Assembly (NCBI GenBank): GCA_001766815.1
Contig: LYOS01000007.1
Span: forward strand, 1-32,000
From: Candidatus Syntropharchaeum caldarium
GTDB taxonomy: Archaea; Halobacteriota; Syntropharchaeia; Syntropharchaeales; Syntropharchaeaceae
DNA: 32,000 bases
Reading direction: 5' to 3'
Of the stretch, positions 16,464 to 25,286 are shown one piece after another; position 1 is the first letter of the stretch, and each line of letters opens with the position of its first letter. The translations under genes and the position numbers were made by a program. The notes under the pieces were generated by a model. That model saw only the letters and a list, made by a program, of their open reading frames with translations, was not told the DNA's origin and searched no databases.

Positions 16464-18058
16464 GGTTTATTCGGGATGAAAACGCGGTATCCGAGATCGT
16501 TGGTGAGATTCTGATGATAGGGGTTGTGGTAATCTCCTTCGGTCTCGTAACAACCTTTGTCTATACGTACCTGTCAGGACCTGATATTTCGCCAGGGATA
16601 GACGTAACGGGAATAGCAGATGATACGCTTGATATGATATATCTCAAGCACAGCGGTGGGGAGTGGGTTGGTGAGAACGAACTCAAGGTTATCCTGCGGA
16701 TAAACGATACAACCTACCAGTATAACTGCACGGATGAGTTCAGGCTCGGGGATGTGATCGAGATCAATACTTCAAGTGAGTATGGTCTTGATCTCAGGCG
16801 GGGCGAAGAGGTAACGATCCTGCTTATTCATGTACCAACGGGACAGATCATATCCTCAGGCGAACTCGGATACAGGGCAGCAGACTGCTCTGAAGATTCA
16901 ACACCCCCGTCATCGGTTACAAACCTCAGGAATACAACCTTTGAACCCTCATACATCATCTGGGCATGGGATAACCCGGCAGACGAGGATTACTCACATG
17001 CAGAGGTCTACATCGATGGCATCTATCAGGGCACAACCTCTGCAAGCTGGTACAATGCAACAGGGTTTGATTCAGGGACGAGCCACACAATATCACTCAG
17101 AACGGTCGATACCTGCGGGAATGTTGATGCAACATGGGTGAATGGTAGCGCGAGAACCTTCAGGCCCTGGTGGGATGCGGGATGGGGATACAGAAGACCA
17201 GTAAACATTACATCCTCTGATGCGCTCTCAGACCACCAGATCAGGTTTTATATTCCCTATGATAGCGATATGCAATCAGACTTTGATGATCTGCGGTTTA
17301 CAACCCAGGATGATTCTCCGATACTCCACTGGCTTGAGCTTAAAAGTAATAGTAACTGGGCAAGTGTGTGGGTCAAGGTTCCGACAATCGCGGATGGAAA
17401 CACCACGATATACATGTACTACGGGAATGCAAGCGCTGGGAACGCATCAAACACCGCGACGTTCGAGTTTTTTGATGACTTTGATGCCTGGAGTGGGTGG
17501 AGCGACTACGGGTCTGGGACGGTTGAATGGACGTCTTATGGCTCTGAGTACGTGCTTAAGAAGAACGGAAGCTGTGATCCAAGTGGAGGATGGAAGAGTC
17601 TCGGGATACAGGTTACAGACTATCGTCTGGTGACAAGAGAGCGAAGGGATGTTGAGGGGTCTGATTGTGGTATGGATCGTTATGGGATCGAAGATTCAAG
17701 CTACAACGGCTATAACATCTACAGGACTGCTTACACATCTGGATCCGGGAGCTTTGGGTTTGAGCGAAGAACAGGAGGGTCTTCCACGGGCAGATGGTAC
17801 ACAAGTCTCAGTCAGCCCTATAACAACTGGTACATCACAGAATTAAAACGAGATGGGTCAAATTTCAATGCATCGTTGTTTGATGGGGATGACAGAGGTT
17901 ATATCGGCTCGCAAACAGGGAGTGATTCAGTCCACTCAGGTCCATTTGACAGGGTTGTGATAAGGGGCGGGAGACCTTATTATGTTGACTGGATTGCGCT
18001 TTGTAAGTACAGCATGCCTGAACCCACTTACGCGATAGGAGATGAGGAGGAATATTAG
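16460..18058 (+). CDS. Large pilin-like protein: archaeal pilin N-terminus, FN3-like domain, DUF2341, ConA-like C-terminal domain
   Basis: The N-terminus MRFIRDENAVSEIVGEILMIGVVVISFGLV resembles the archaeal class III signal and hydrophobic helix (compare DDRAVSPVIGVILMV). It is followed by the beta domain of the Pilin_N/DUF1628 type (YLKHSGGEWV...GDVIEI...VTILLIHVPTGQIISS). Next come an FN3-like segment (PPSSVTNLRNTT...WDNPADEDYSHAEVYIDG) and DUF2341 (WGYRRPVNITSS...FDDLRFT...WVKVPTI..NTTIYMYYGN). The C-terminus begins FEFFDDFDAWSGW (jelly-roll type). An ATGA overlap couples it to the platform gene. Confidence 0.75.
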   Translation: MRFIRDENAVSEIVGEILMIGVVVISFGLVTTFVYTYLSGPDISPGIDVTGIADDTLDMIYLKHSGGEWVGENELKVILRINDTTYQYNCTDEFRLGDVIEINTSSEYGLDLRRGEEVTILLIHVPTGQIISSGELGYRAADCSEDSTPPSSVTNLRNTTFEPSYIIWAWDNPADEDYSHAEVYIDGIYQGTTSASWYNATGFDSGTSHTISLRTVDTCGNVDATWVNGSARTFRPWWDAGWGYRRPVNITSSDALSDHQIRFYIPYDSDMQSDFDDLRFTTQDDSPILHWLELKSNSNWASVWVKVPTIADGNTTIYMYYGNASAGNASNTATFEFFDDFDAWSGWSDYGSGTVEWTSYGSEYVLKKNGSCDPSGGWKSLGIQVTDYRLVTRERRDVEGSDCGMDRYGIEDSSYNGYNIYRTAYTSGSGSFGFERRTGGSSTGRWYTSLSQPYNNWYITELKRDGSNFNASLFDGDDRGYIGSQTGSDSVHSGPFDRVVIRGGRPYYVDWIALCKYSMPEPTYAIGDEEEY

Positions 18059-19546
18059 ATGCTAAAAGATGAGGATGCAATCTCGGTCGTTCTATCGGTC
18101 GTTCTCTTACTCGGCGTGCTTGTTACAGTTCTTGGAATTGTTCATGTTACGTATCTCCCTGAGTGGCGAAAATCTGCTGAGGCAGATCACATGGATGACA
18201 TACTTGAGGATCTTGCAGATCTCAAATCAGGTATCGACCTCGTTGCAGCGGTCTCCCCGGATACATCGTGCACGGTTTCACAGAAGATGCGACTTGGTGG
18301 CGGATCGATCCCTGTTATATCACCCCAAAAAAGTGGTGGAACACTCAGAACAGACCCATCCCTTCCAGATCTCTACATAACTGCGGATAACTATACCGTG
18401 GCTTATGCCTTCCCAGATCTTGGCTCGATCGAGCTTGAAGTGGACAACCTCTATGCTCTGGATCGCATATATGTCTATGAGGACGGGGCACTGATCCTGA
18501 AGGAGGTTAATCGTTCAATAATGGTACTCTCCCCTGGTATAACCCTGCAAAAGTTTAATAACGGAACAAAGGCGCTCACCATTCAGGTCATCAATATGAG
18601 CCTTGAGAGTGAATCTGTTGCAGGCTCAGGTATTGAGGAGGTTTATTTCACATACACCTCGTCCACAACCCATCATGCAGGTACAACCTCGAATGTGACG
18701 CTTACACTCACATCTGAGTACCTTGATGCATGGAAGGCTTTCTTCACCGATCGGGCAAAGAATGCTGGCTTTAATGCGACTGAGTTCAACGTGACCGCAT
18801 CCCAGAATGTTGAGCTTGATATCTATGGAGATGTGTTACTCAACGTGGTTGAGGTTGATGGGGATGCACGGATAAGACCTGTGATCGAGGCGATTGAGCC
18901 GACATGGACGCCTGGCGGTGGGATATCATGGGGTTGTGGAGGATGGTGGAAGCTTGATGCAGGGTCTGGCACAACAGCCACGGATAGTTCTGGAAATGAT
19001 AATCACGGCACGATACATGGTGCAACATGGTCATCTGGATACCTGCACTTTGATGGCTCAAACGACTATGTCAGTATCCCTGACAACGACTCGCTTGAAC
19101 CGCAGGATGCGATCACGCTTGCGGCATGGGTTAAATGGGAATGCGATCCATCCACAGGGCACAGTTGGGCAAATATCATCAGCAAGTACGGGGACAACCA
19201 GTATCTACTCCAGCATAACGTCAACAACCAGTACTTCGAGGTTGCTGTGCGAACAGATACAGGCAGGAGCTATACCTGGTCGAGCACAGAGCCACAGCAG
19301 GGCGTCTGGTACCATGTTACAGGGGTCTATGATAGTTCTGATGTTATAATCTATGTGAACGGGACACAGGAGAACTCAATGGGACGTACAGGAAATATCA
19401 CGACCTCGTCATCGCCTGTGAACCTTGGAAGGCGGGCATGGAGTGGAGATCGGTACTTCAATGGCGTGATTTATGATGCGAGGATATATTGCCGTGCACT
19501 CACACCTTCTGAGATACAGGCACTCGCATCCTCACCACCACCATAA
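18059..19546 (+). CDS. Pilin-like protein with C-terminal LamG (Laminin_G_3-type) lectin-fold domain
   Basis: N-terminus is MLKDEDAISVVLSVVLLLGVLVTVLGIV (short leader plus hydrophobic helix). A domain of about 265 aa is shared with the next gene. The LamG-like block follows (WWKLDAGSGTTATDSSGNDNHGTIHGATW...LHFDGSNDYVSIPD...ITLAAWVKW...FNGVIYDARIYCRALTPSEIQAL). The ATG directly abuts the stop of the previous gene. Confidence 0.75.
   Translation: MLKDEDAISVVLSVVLLLGVLVTVLGIVHVTYLPEWRKSAEADHMDDILEDLADLKSGIDLVAAVSPDTSCTVSQKMRLGGGSIPVISPQKSGGTLRTDPSLPDLYITADNYTVAYAFPDLGSIELEVDNLYALDRIYVYEDGALILKEVNRSIMVLSPGITLQKFNNGTKALTIQVINMSLESESVAGSGIEEVYFTYTSSTTHHAGTTSNVTLTLTSEYLDAWKAFFTDRAKNAGFNATEFNVTASQNVELDIYGDVLLNVVEVDGDARIRPVIEAIEPTWTPGGGISWGCGGWWKLDAGSGTTATDSSGNDNHGTIHGATWSSGYLHFDGSNDYVSIPDNDSLEPQDAITLAAWVKWECDPSTGHSWANIISKYGDNQYLLQHNVNNQYFEVAVRTDTGRSYTWSSTEPQQGVWYHVTGVYDSSDVIIYVNGTQENSMGRTGNITTSSSPVNLGRRAWSGDRYFNGVIYDARIYCRALTPSEIQALASSPPP
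18797..18906 (+). repeat. 110-nt tract, 100% identical to 20271-20380 (copy 1)
   Basis: Base-by-base comparison of gcatcccagaatgttgagc...gcgattgagccgacatg is identical in both genes. It encodes ASQNVELDIYGDVLLNVVEVDGDARIRPVIEAIEPT. Confidence 0.95.
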
Positions 19547-19550
19547 ACAG

Positions 19551-20381
19551 ATGATGAAAATGAGATATATCATGGATGATGCGGCAAACGTTATCATTGT
19601 AGCAACCGTTCTACTTCTGGGACTGCTTGTAGCTGTGACTGCGATCATTAATGCAACATACATCCCTGAATGGAAGAGCGTGGCAGAGGCAGAGCAGATG
19701 GAGGAGGTCTGTGAGGATTTTAAGGATCTTAAAATGGGGATCGATATTGTTACATCCGCATTTCCTGATCGAGTGGTTGCATCATCCCATATAATAGGGA
19801 TGGGAGGGGGTGGAACACTCAGGACAGATCCGGATCTTCCTTCGGTATATATCGCAACCGATGACTATACGCAGACGATGGCGTTTGAGCATCTTGGATC
19901 GATAAGTTTTGAGTCAGATAATCACCATGAGCTTGATCGCACGTACATCTATGAGAGCGGTGCTGTGATTGTGGAGGAGATAAACCGTTCGATGATGAGA
20001 CTCGCCCCAACAATTGATTTTACGAGATTTAACAACGGGACAAAGGCTGTAACAATGCGCATCATCAATATGAGCCTCGATGAAGAGGTGATAACAGGTG
20101 ATAAGATCGCCAATCTCGAACTCGTCCTCATCTCAGAGGATCTTGTATTCTCAGATAATGTCCTGAACATGAGCTTCACGATAACATCCAGACACTCAGA
20201 TGCATGGGAGGAGTTTCTGATAGAGCGTGCAACGTGTGCTGGTTTCAATGAGAGTGAATTTGATATAACAGCATCCCAGAATGTTGAGCTTGATATCTAT
20301 GGAGATGTGTTACTCAACGTGGTTGAGGTTGATGGGGATGCACGGATAAGACCTGTGATCGAGGCGATTGAGCCGACATGA
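19551..20381 (+). CDS. Pilin-like paralog of the 18059-19546 N-terminal module, lacking the LamG domain
   Basis: Contains ...MDDAANVIIVATVLLLGLLVAVTAIINATYIPEW. It aligns along its whole length with residues 1 to about 283 of the preceding protein, with roughly half the residues identical by eye. Candidate starts are 19551, 19554, 19560 and 19572; the track start at 19473 overlaps the previous gene. It ends at a TGA exactly where the paralog has TGG. Confidence 0.7.
   Translation: MMKMRYIMDDAANVIIVATVLLLGLLVAVTAIINATYIPEWKSVAEAEQMEEVCEDFKDLKMGIDIVTSAFPDRVVASSHIIGMGGGGTLRTDPDLPSVYIATDDYTQTMAFEHLGSISFESDNHHELDRTYIYESGAVIVEEINRSMMRLAPTIDFTRFNNGTKAVTMRIINMSLDEEVITGDKIANLELVLISEDLVFSDNVLNMSFTITSRHSDAWEEFLIERATCAGFNESEFDITASQNVELDIYGDVLLNVVEVDGDARIRPVIEAIEPT
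20271..20380 (+). repeat. 110-nt tract, 100% identical to 18797-18906 (copy 2)
   Basis: Same as copy 1. Flanking sequence is divergent on both sides: 11 mismatches in the 33 nt immediately upstream, and no similarity downstream. Confidence 0.95.
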
Positions 20382-20429
20382 ACAGTAGTTTGATGGGATG
20401 AAACCGCAGAAGTCACCAATCTCGAAAAT

Positions 20430-20873
20430 CTATGTGAAGAAGCTCTTGAACCACCGGGTAATGACTTTCTTCGCAGCGTCATATCCACCATCAAGATAAA
20501 TCGCACCGATCAATGCTTCGAGCGTTTCTGCAAGAACTTTTGGCTCTTCGTTTGCTCTATGTTTTTTCTCTCCAGCACCCAGCTTAATGAAAGGTCCAAT
20601 TCCAATATCTTGAGCAATCTTTGCAAGCCCTTCTTCTCTTTCAAGTCTTATCTTTTCGCTTGTTATCTCATCCCTTGTCTTACAGCCTGATTTTATCAAT
20701 AGATCTACCAACACCGCTTTCAATATTGCATCGCCAAGGGTTCGATATATCTCCTGATCTTCGCAATCACGGTTCTGTTGTTTTGCTTCGAGCGCATGTG
20801 CCTTGCGTGTCAATGCACGATCAAGGAGCTCTTTGTTAGAGAACGAATAACCAAGATCTTTCTCGATTGTCAT
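20430..20873 (-). CDS. RNase III catalytic-domain-only protein (no dsRBD)
   Basis: About 147 aa from ATG 20873; GTG 20882 is also possible. RNase III blocks are present: LGYSFSNKELLDRALT, the signature region QEIYRTLGDAILKAVLVD, and VLAETLEALIGAIYLDGG. The protein ends about 25 aa after the last block, so there is no room for a dsRNA-binding domain. Confidence 0.75.
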   Translation of the reverse strand: MTIEKDLGYSFSNKELLDRALTRKAHALEAKQQNRDCEDQEIYRTLGDAILKAVLVDLLIKSGCKTRDEITSEKIRLEREEGLAKIAQDIGIGPFIKLGAGEKKHRANEEPKVLAETLEALIGAIYLDGGYDAAKKVITRWFKSFFT

Positions 20874-20922
20874 GTGGAACACACCATTAAAATCATAGTC
20901 GTTTACAGGAGGAAAGTTGTTA

Positions 20923-20995
20923 GGCCGAGGTCGGGATTCGAACCCGAGTCAAAGGATCCACAGTCCTTTAGCATAACCACTAACCCACCCCGGCC
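20923..20995 (-). tRNA. tRNA-His (anticodon GUG), with genome-encoded G-1 and no encoded CCA
   Basis: Minus strand reads G-GCCGGGG-UG-GGUUAGUGGUUAUGCU-A-AAGGA-CUGUGGA-UCCUU-UGAC-UCGGG-UUCGAAU-CCCGA-CCUCGGC-C. It has a 7-bp acceptor stem (one G-U), a 5-bp anticodon stem with a CUGUGGA loop (GUG, plus-strand cac at 20959-20961), and a 5-bp T stem with UUCGAAU. An extra 5' G pairs with C73, the histidine identity feature. The D stem is weak. Confidence 0.9.
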
Positions 20996-21155
20996 ATTCC
21001 GTGAGATATATCGAATATTAATTTGGGGAGTGTATATAACCCTGTCGTTCAGGCTGCGTGGTTTGAGTGTTAAGAGGTCTATCGGAATTCTTTATATATC
21101 CTTGTGATGAATGTCTCTTTGATAACCTCTTATAATTATCAAATGGAGTGGTTCT

Positions 21156-23750
21156 GTGCAGAATATAGCAAAAGAGTACGATCACAGGCGTATTGAAGCG
21201 AAAGGCATCGAGAATTGGGATGACAGCCTTTATTATTTTGATTGGGAGTCTGATAAAGCACCTTACATTATCGATACGCCTCCACCATATCCAACAGGTA
21301 GCTTTCACATAGGAAATGCACTCAACTGGTGTTATATCGATTTTATAGCGAGATACAGGCGTATGCAGGGGTATAATGTGATGTTTCCTCAGGGATGGGA
21401 CTGTCATGGCCTTCCGACAGAGGTGAAGGTTGAGGAGACACACGAGATAACAAAGAGTGGGCTTGATAGGATTGAGTTCAGAAGACTGTGCTGTGAATTG
21501 ACCTCATCGAACATCGAGAAGATGCGGAATACGATGAAATCACTCGGTCTCTCGATCGACTGGTCGAATGAGTACATCACAATGGATCCTGCTTACTACA
21601 GAAAGACGCAGGTTTCCTTTGTCAGGATGTACGAGAAAGGGCTTATCTATCGTGATGATCATCCAGTGAACTGGTGTCCGAGATGCAAGACTGCGATCGC
21701 ATTTGCAGAGGTTGAGTATGACACGAGAGAGACATCTTTGAATTACATACACTTTGAAGGCGTTGATATCGCAACCACAAGACCAGAACTGATCCCTGCA
21801 TGTGTTGCTGTTGCTGTTAACCCTGATGATGAGCGGTTCACGGATCTTATTGGCAAAGAGGTTGGCGTTCCAATATTTGATTACCACGTGCCAGTTATAG
21901 CAGATCCAGAAGTTGATTCTACGTTTGGTACAGGAATTGTTATGATCTGTACGTTTGGTGATAAACAGGATGTCAGGTGGTGGAAAGAGCATTCATTGCC
22001 CCTTAGAAGGGCTATTGATCGGGATGGAGTGATGACCGAGATTGCGGGTAGATACGCCGGGATGAAGATCAAAGAGACAAGGGATGCTATAATAGAAGAC
22101 CTCAAAAGACTTGGTTTGCTCTATGAGAGCGAGCGAATAGAGCAGAATGTTGGGCTTTGCTGGCGGTGCAAGACACCGATTGAGATACTCTCCGAACGTC
22201 AGTGGTTTGTCAGGATTGAACAGGAGAAGGTGCTTGATGCAGCGGCAAAGATCGAGTGGATACCAGATTACATGATAATCAGGCTCAAAAACTGGGTTGA
22301 GTCGATGGAATGGGACTGGTGTATTTCAAGGCAGCGTCTATTTGCAACACCGATACCAGTCTGGTACTGTAAAGCGTGTGGTAAAGCGCTTGTAGCAAGA
22401 GAGGCTGAACTCCCGGTTGATCCAACAATTGATTTGCCTGAAGAAACATGTTCGTGCGGATCTAATGAGTTTGAGGGTGAAACAGATGTTCTTGATACAT
22501 GGATGGACAGTTCAATCTCTGCGCTTGTTGTTGGGGGCTGGCTTGAAGATAAATTTATTTTTCCGACACAGTTAAGACCGCAGGGGCACGATATCATCCG
22601 TACATGGGCTTTTTACACAATTTTGCGATCGATCGCGCTCACAGACAAGATCCCATGGGAGACGATTGTTATAAATGGTATGGTGCTTGGTGAGGATGGG
22701 CACAAGATGAGTAAATCAAGGAATAACATCACAGCACCTGAAGCAGTGATGGAAAAGTATGGTGCCGATGCCTTCAGGCAGTGGGCCGCAATCGGAGGAT
22801 CAACAGGCTCTGATGTGATGTTCAGGTGGAAGGATATTGTTGCAGCCTCGCGGTTTCTACAGAAACTGTGGAGCATTCTCAGATTCTCATTGATCCACAT
22901 CGATAAAGAAAAAGCCCCTTACAAAAAACCAGAGCAACTTCGTGCAACTGACAGATGGCTTCTTACACGACTCAACATGCTGATTGAGACTGTCACCGCG
23001 AAGATGGATGCCTACAGCTTCGATGAGGCGATGAAGGAGATACGTGGATTTACGTGGAACATACTTGCAGATGACTACATCGAGCTTGTGAAGTCAAGAC
23101 TTTACTCAGCAAACTCTGATGGAAGCGAATCTGCAATCTACACGCTTTACACTACAATGGAAACATTATCAAGGCTCATCGCACCTTTTATGCCATTCTT
23201 TGCCGAGGAGATGCACTCATATCTCGCTGCGGATAGTGTACACGCAAAAGATTGGCCAGTTGTCAACTATGACCTGATCGATGAGCGATCGCTTGAGGAG
23301 GGCGAGCTTATACGAAAGATCGTTGAAGCGGTTCGAAGGTACAAATCAGAGAATAAAATTCCCCTCAACGCACCACTTAAAAATATTGAAATTTACACGA
23401 CCCTCGATCTGGACGTTGATGATATAAAAGGAACCTTGAACAGTGAGGTTGAGATTGTAAGTCCCACAACAACACTCAACATGAAGGCGGTCTCAATCAA
23501 GCCAAGGATGGATGTGATCGGTCCTATGTACAGGAAGCAGGCTGGAGAGATTGCAAAGCGGTTGCGTGAACTTGACGCCGAAGAGGTCGAACAACTCATA
23601 TCAGAAGGAAAGAAGGTCGAGATTGAGGTTGCTGGAGATCACATAGTGCTCGACGATTCAAGTTTTGAGATTGAACATGCTTTTGAATCCAGAGGAGAGC
23701 GGGTCGATCTTTTGGAGGTTTCTGGGATGAAGATTGCGGTTGCAAGGTGA
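21156..23750 (+). CDS. valS: Valyl-tRNA synthetase, archaeal type
   Basis: 864 aa with a GTG start at 21156 and GGAG 8 nt upstream. HIGH-type motif is [14 protein letters not shown] and KMSKS is [11 protein letters not shown]1 editing domain and Zn-type Cys pairs (CPRCKT, CWRCKT, CKACG) are present. Confidence 0.96.
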   Translation: MQNIAKEYDHRRIEAKGIENWDDSLYYFDWESDKAPYIIDTPPPYPTGSFHIGNALNWCYIDFIARYRRMQGYNVMFPQGWDCHGLPTEVKVEETHEITKSGLDRIEFRRLCCELTSSNIEKMRNTMKSLGLSIDWSNEYITMDPAYYRKTQVSFVRMYEKGLIYRDDHPVNWCPRCKTAIAFAEVEYDTRETSLNYIHFEGVDIATTRPELIPACVAVAVNPDDERFTDLIGKEVGVPIFDYHVPVIADPEVDSTFGTGIVMICTFGDKQDVRWWKEHSLPLRRAIDRDGVMTEIAGRYAGMKIKETRDAIIEDLKRLGLLYESERIEQNVGLCWRCKTPIEILSERQWFVRIEQEKVLDAAAKIEWIPDYMIIRLKNWVESMEWDWCISRQRLFATPIPVWYCKACGKALVAREAELPVDPTIDLPEETCSCGSNEFEGETDVLDTWMDSSISALVVGGWLEDKFIFPTQLRPQGHDIIRTWAFYTILRSIALTDKIPWETIVINGMVLGEDGHKMSKSRNNITAPEAVMEKYGADAFRQWAAIGGSTGSDVMFRWKDIVAASRFLQKLWSILRFSLIHIDKEKAPYKKPEQLRATDRWLLTRLNMLIETVTAKMDAYSFDEAMKEIRGFTWNILADDYIELVKSRLYSANSDGSESAIYTLYTTMETLSRLIAPFMPFFAEEMHSYLAADSVHAKDWPVVNYDLIDERSLEEGELIRKIVEAVRRYKSENKIPLNAPLKNIEIYTTLDLDVDDIKGTLNSEVEIVSPTTTLNMKAVSIKPRMDVIGPMYRKQAGEIAKRLRELDAEEVEQLISEGKKVEIEVAGDHIVLDDSSFEIEHAFESRGERVDLLEVSGMKIAVAR

Positions 23751-23834
23751 GAGGCGAAACAGGTCACAAAGAAGTGCAGGTAAAATTTTCAAAATCCTCC
23801 TTATTTTTATTCGCAATCCTTATAATCATTTACA

Positions 23835-23876
23835 TTATAAATGGTATGTTATGAGAGCGATCACCACTGGTGGTGA
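23835..23876 (+). promoter_or_regulatory. TATA box plus 16-bp near-perfect palindrome at the predicted start site of the flavoprotein gene
   Basis: TTATAAAT lies at 23835-23842. TCACCAC-TG-GTGGTGA lies at 23861-23876 (7-nt arms), about 25 nt downstream of the TATA box and 47 nt upstream of ATG 23923. Confidence 0.35.
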
Positions 23877-23922
23877 ATGTGCGAATAAGCGTTGTAAAAT
23901 CGAAATCTGAGGTCGAGTAATT

Positions 23923-25266
23923 ATGTCAAAAAGAATTGTGATAATCGGGGGTGGTGATGCAGGAACTTATACACTGGAAGCGATCATGAAAAGAAAGGAG
24001 GATGTGGCGATAACTCTTCTAAAGAAGGACAGATATGGTTCTGTATCTATCTGCGGACTGCCTTTTGCTTTGCAGGGGATTTATCCGCTAAAAGATATTG
24101 AGCTACAGGAACCAGAATTCTTTCAGAGCAGGGGCATCGACTATCGAACCTTAACCGAGGTCACAGAAATTAATTTAGAAGCGAATAGTGTGACGATTCA
24201 GACAGGAGAGGAGTTAGAATACGATTATCTTGTGATAGCAACAGGAAGCAGACCGTTTATCCCATCAATTCCGGGTGTGGAGCTTGAGGGAGTTTATACG
24301 GTAAAAGATATGGAGGATGGCGAGAGGATTGAGGTCGCTATGAATGATCCAGGTGTGAAAAACGCTGTTGTTATCGGTGCTGGAACAATCGCGCTTCAGG
24401 TTGCAGTTGCATTCTCTAAAAATAATATTAAGACCACGGTTACAAAACCCCGCCCTCTGATCCTTCGTTCAATGTTGGATCCTGATATCGCCTCAAAAGT
24501 TCAGAAAAAACTTGAAGAGCTGGAAATAAGGTTTATACTTGGAAAGGAGACGGTAGCTATAAAGGGCGATGGAGATGTTAAGTCAGTTTTGATAGGGGAT
24601 ACTGAGGTTCCTGCTGATATAGTGGTGGCATGCGCGGGAATGCGTCCGAATGTTGATCTTGCGAAAGAAGCTGGGATAGAGATAGGTGAGAGTGGAGGAA
24701 TCGCGACAGATCCATTTTTACATGTTAAAAAGGGAAGAGGATATATAGACAATGTATATGCCGCCGGCGATTGTGTGGAGGTCATAGATGCAATTACACA
24801 CCGCCCGAGGTTGAGCATGCTTGCCTCCACGTGTGTAACACAGGCTAAGGTAATATCCGATAACATATTTGGTGATAATTCATCTTTTGATCCAGTTTTA
24901 AGTCCAACCGTCGCCAATATCGCAGGTCTTCAGGTGGGATCTGTTGGGATCACCTCAGAGACCGCAAAAAGATACGGCATGAAGGTTATAACCGGCAAAA
25001 AGGAGAAGCCTACAAAGCCGAGATATTATCCTGGAAGAAAGTCCATGCTGATGAAATTACTCTTCGATGCCTACTCTGAGCGGTTGGTAGGTGCACAGAT
25101 AATCTCGGAGGATCAGGTTGCAGACCGTATAGATGAACTCAGCATCGCGATAAGGTCTGGCATGAGGGCCAGGGAATTACGTATGATGGAGAAGAGCTTT
25201 GACCCCTCTGTTGCATTGCACAGGGATGTGATGGCCGATGCGGCAGAGGATGCTCTAAATGTATAA
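23923..25266 (+). CDS. FAD-dependent pyridine nucleotide-disulfide oxidoreductase (NADH oxidase / CoA-disulfide reductase family)
   Basis: 447 aa. FAD-binding motif is IVIIGGGDAGT. A single redox Cys lies in the family context SVSICGLPFAL. The second dinucleotide fold is AVVIGAGTIALQ, and a YAAGDC block is present. Confidence 0.85.
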   Translation: MSKRIVIIGGGDAGTYTLEAIMKRKEDVAITLLKKDRYGSVSICGLPFALQGIYPLKDIELQEPEFFQSRGIDYRTLTEVTEINLEANSVTIQTGEELEYDYLVIATGSRPFIPSIPGVELEGVYTVKDMEDGERIEVAMNDPGVKNAVVIGAGTIALQVAVAFSKNNIKTTVTKPRPLILRSMLDPDIASKVQKKLEELEIRFILGKETVAIKGDGDVKSVLIGDTEVPADIVVACAGMRPNVDLAKEAGIEIGESGGIATDPFLHVKKGRGYIDNVYAAGDCVEVIDAITHRPRLSMLASTCVTQAKVISDNIFGDNSSFDPVLSPTVANIAGLQVGSVGITSETAKRYGMKVITGKKEKPTKPRYYPGRKSMLMKLLFDAYSERLVGAQIISEDQVADRIDELSIAIRSGMRARELRMMEKSFDPSVALHRDVMADAAEDALNV

Positions 25267-25286
25267 AAAGAGTAGGTTTTAGATAC

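Noticed and set aside
20382-20995. The idea that tRNA-His marks the edge of an integrated element containing the RNase III gene and the pilus block, since the tRNA 3' end faces them.
   Set aside because: I could not find an integrase or recombinase gene. I also found no second copy of the tRNA 3' segment (ggattcgaacc...) elsewhere in the window, so there is no att-type direct repeat.
21018-21443. 141-aa minus-strand ORF spanning the tRNA-His/valS spacer and the valS 5' end.
   Set aside because: It is antisense to the well-supported valS N-terminus and overlaps promoter sequence. It has no motifs.
23851-23910. 19-codon sORF (MRAITTGGECANKRCKIEI) upstream of the flavoprotein gene.
   Set aside because: It is too short to support and has no RBS. 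It overlaps the palindrome, which is better explained as a DNA operator.
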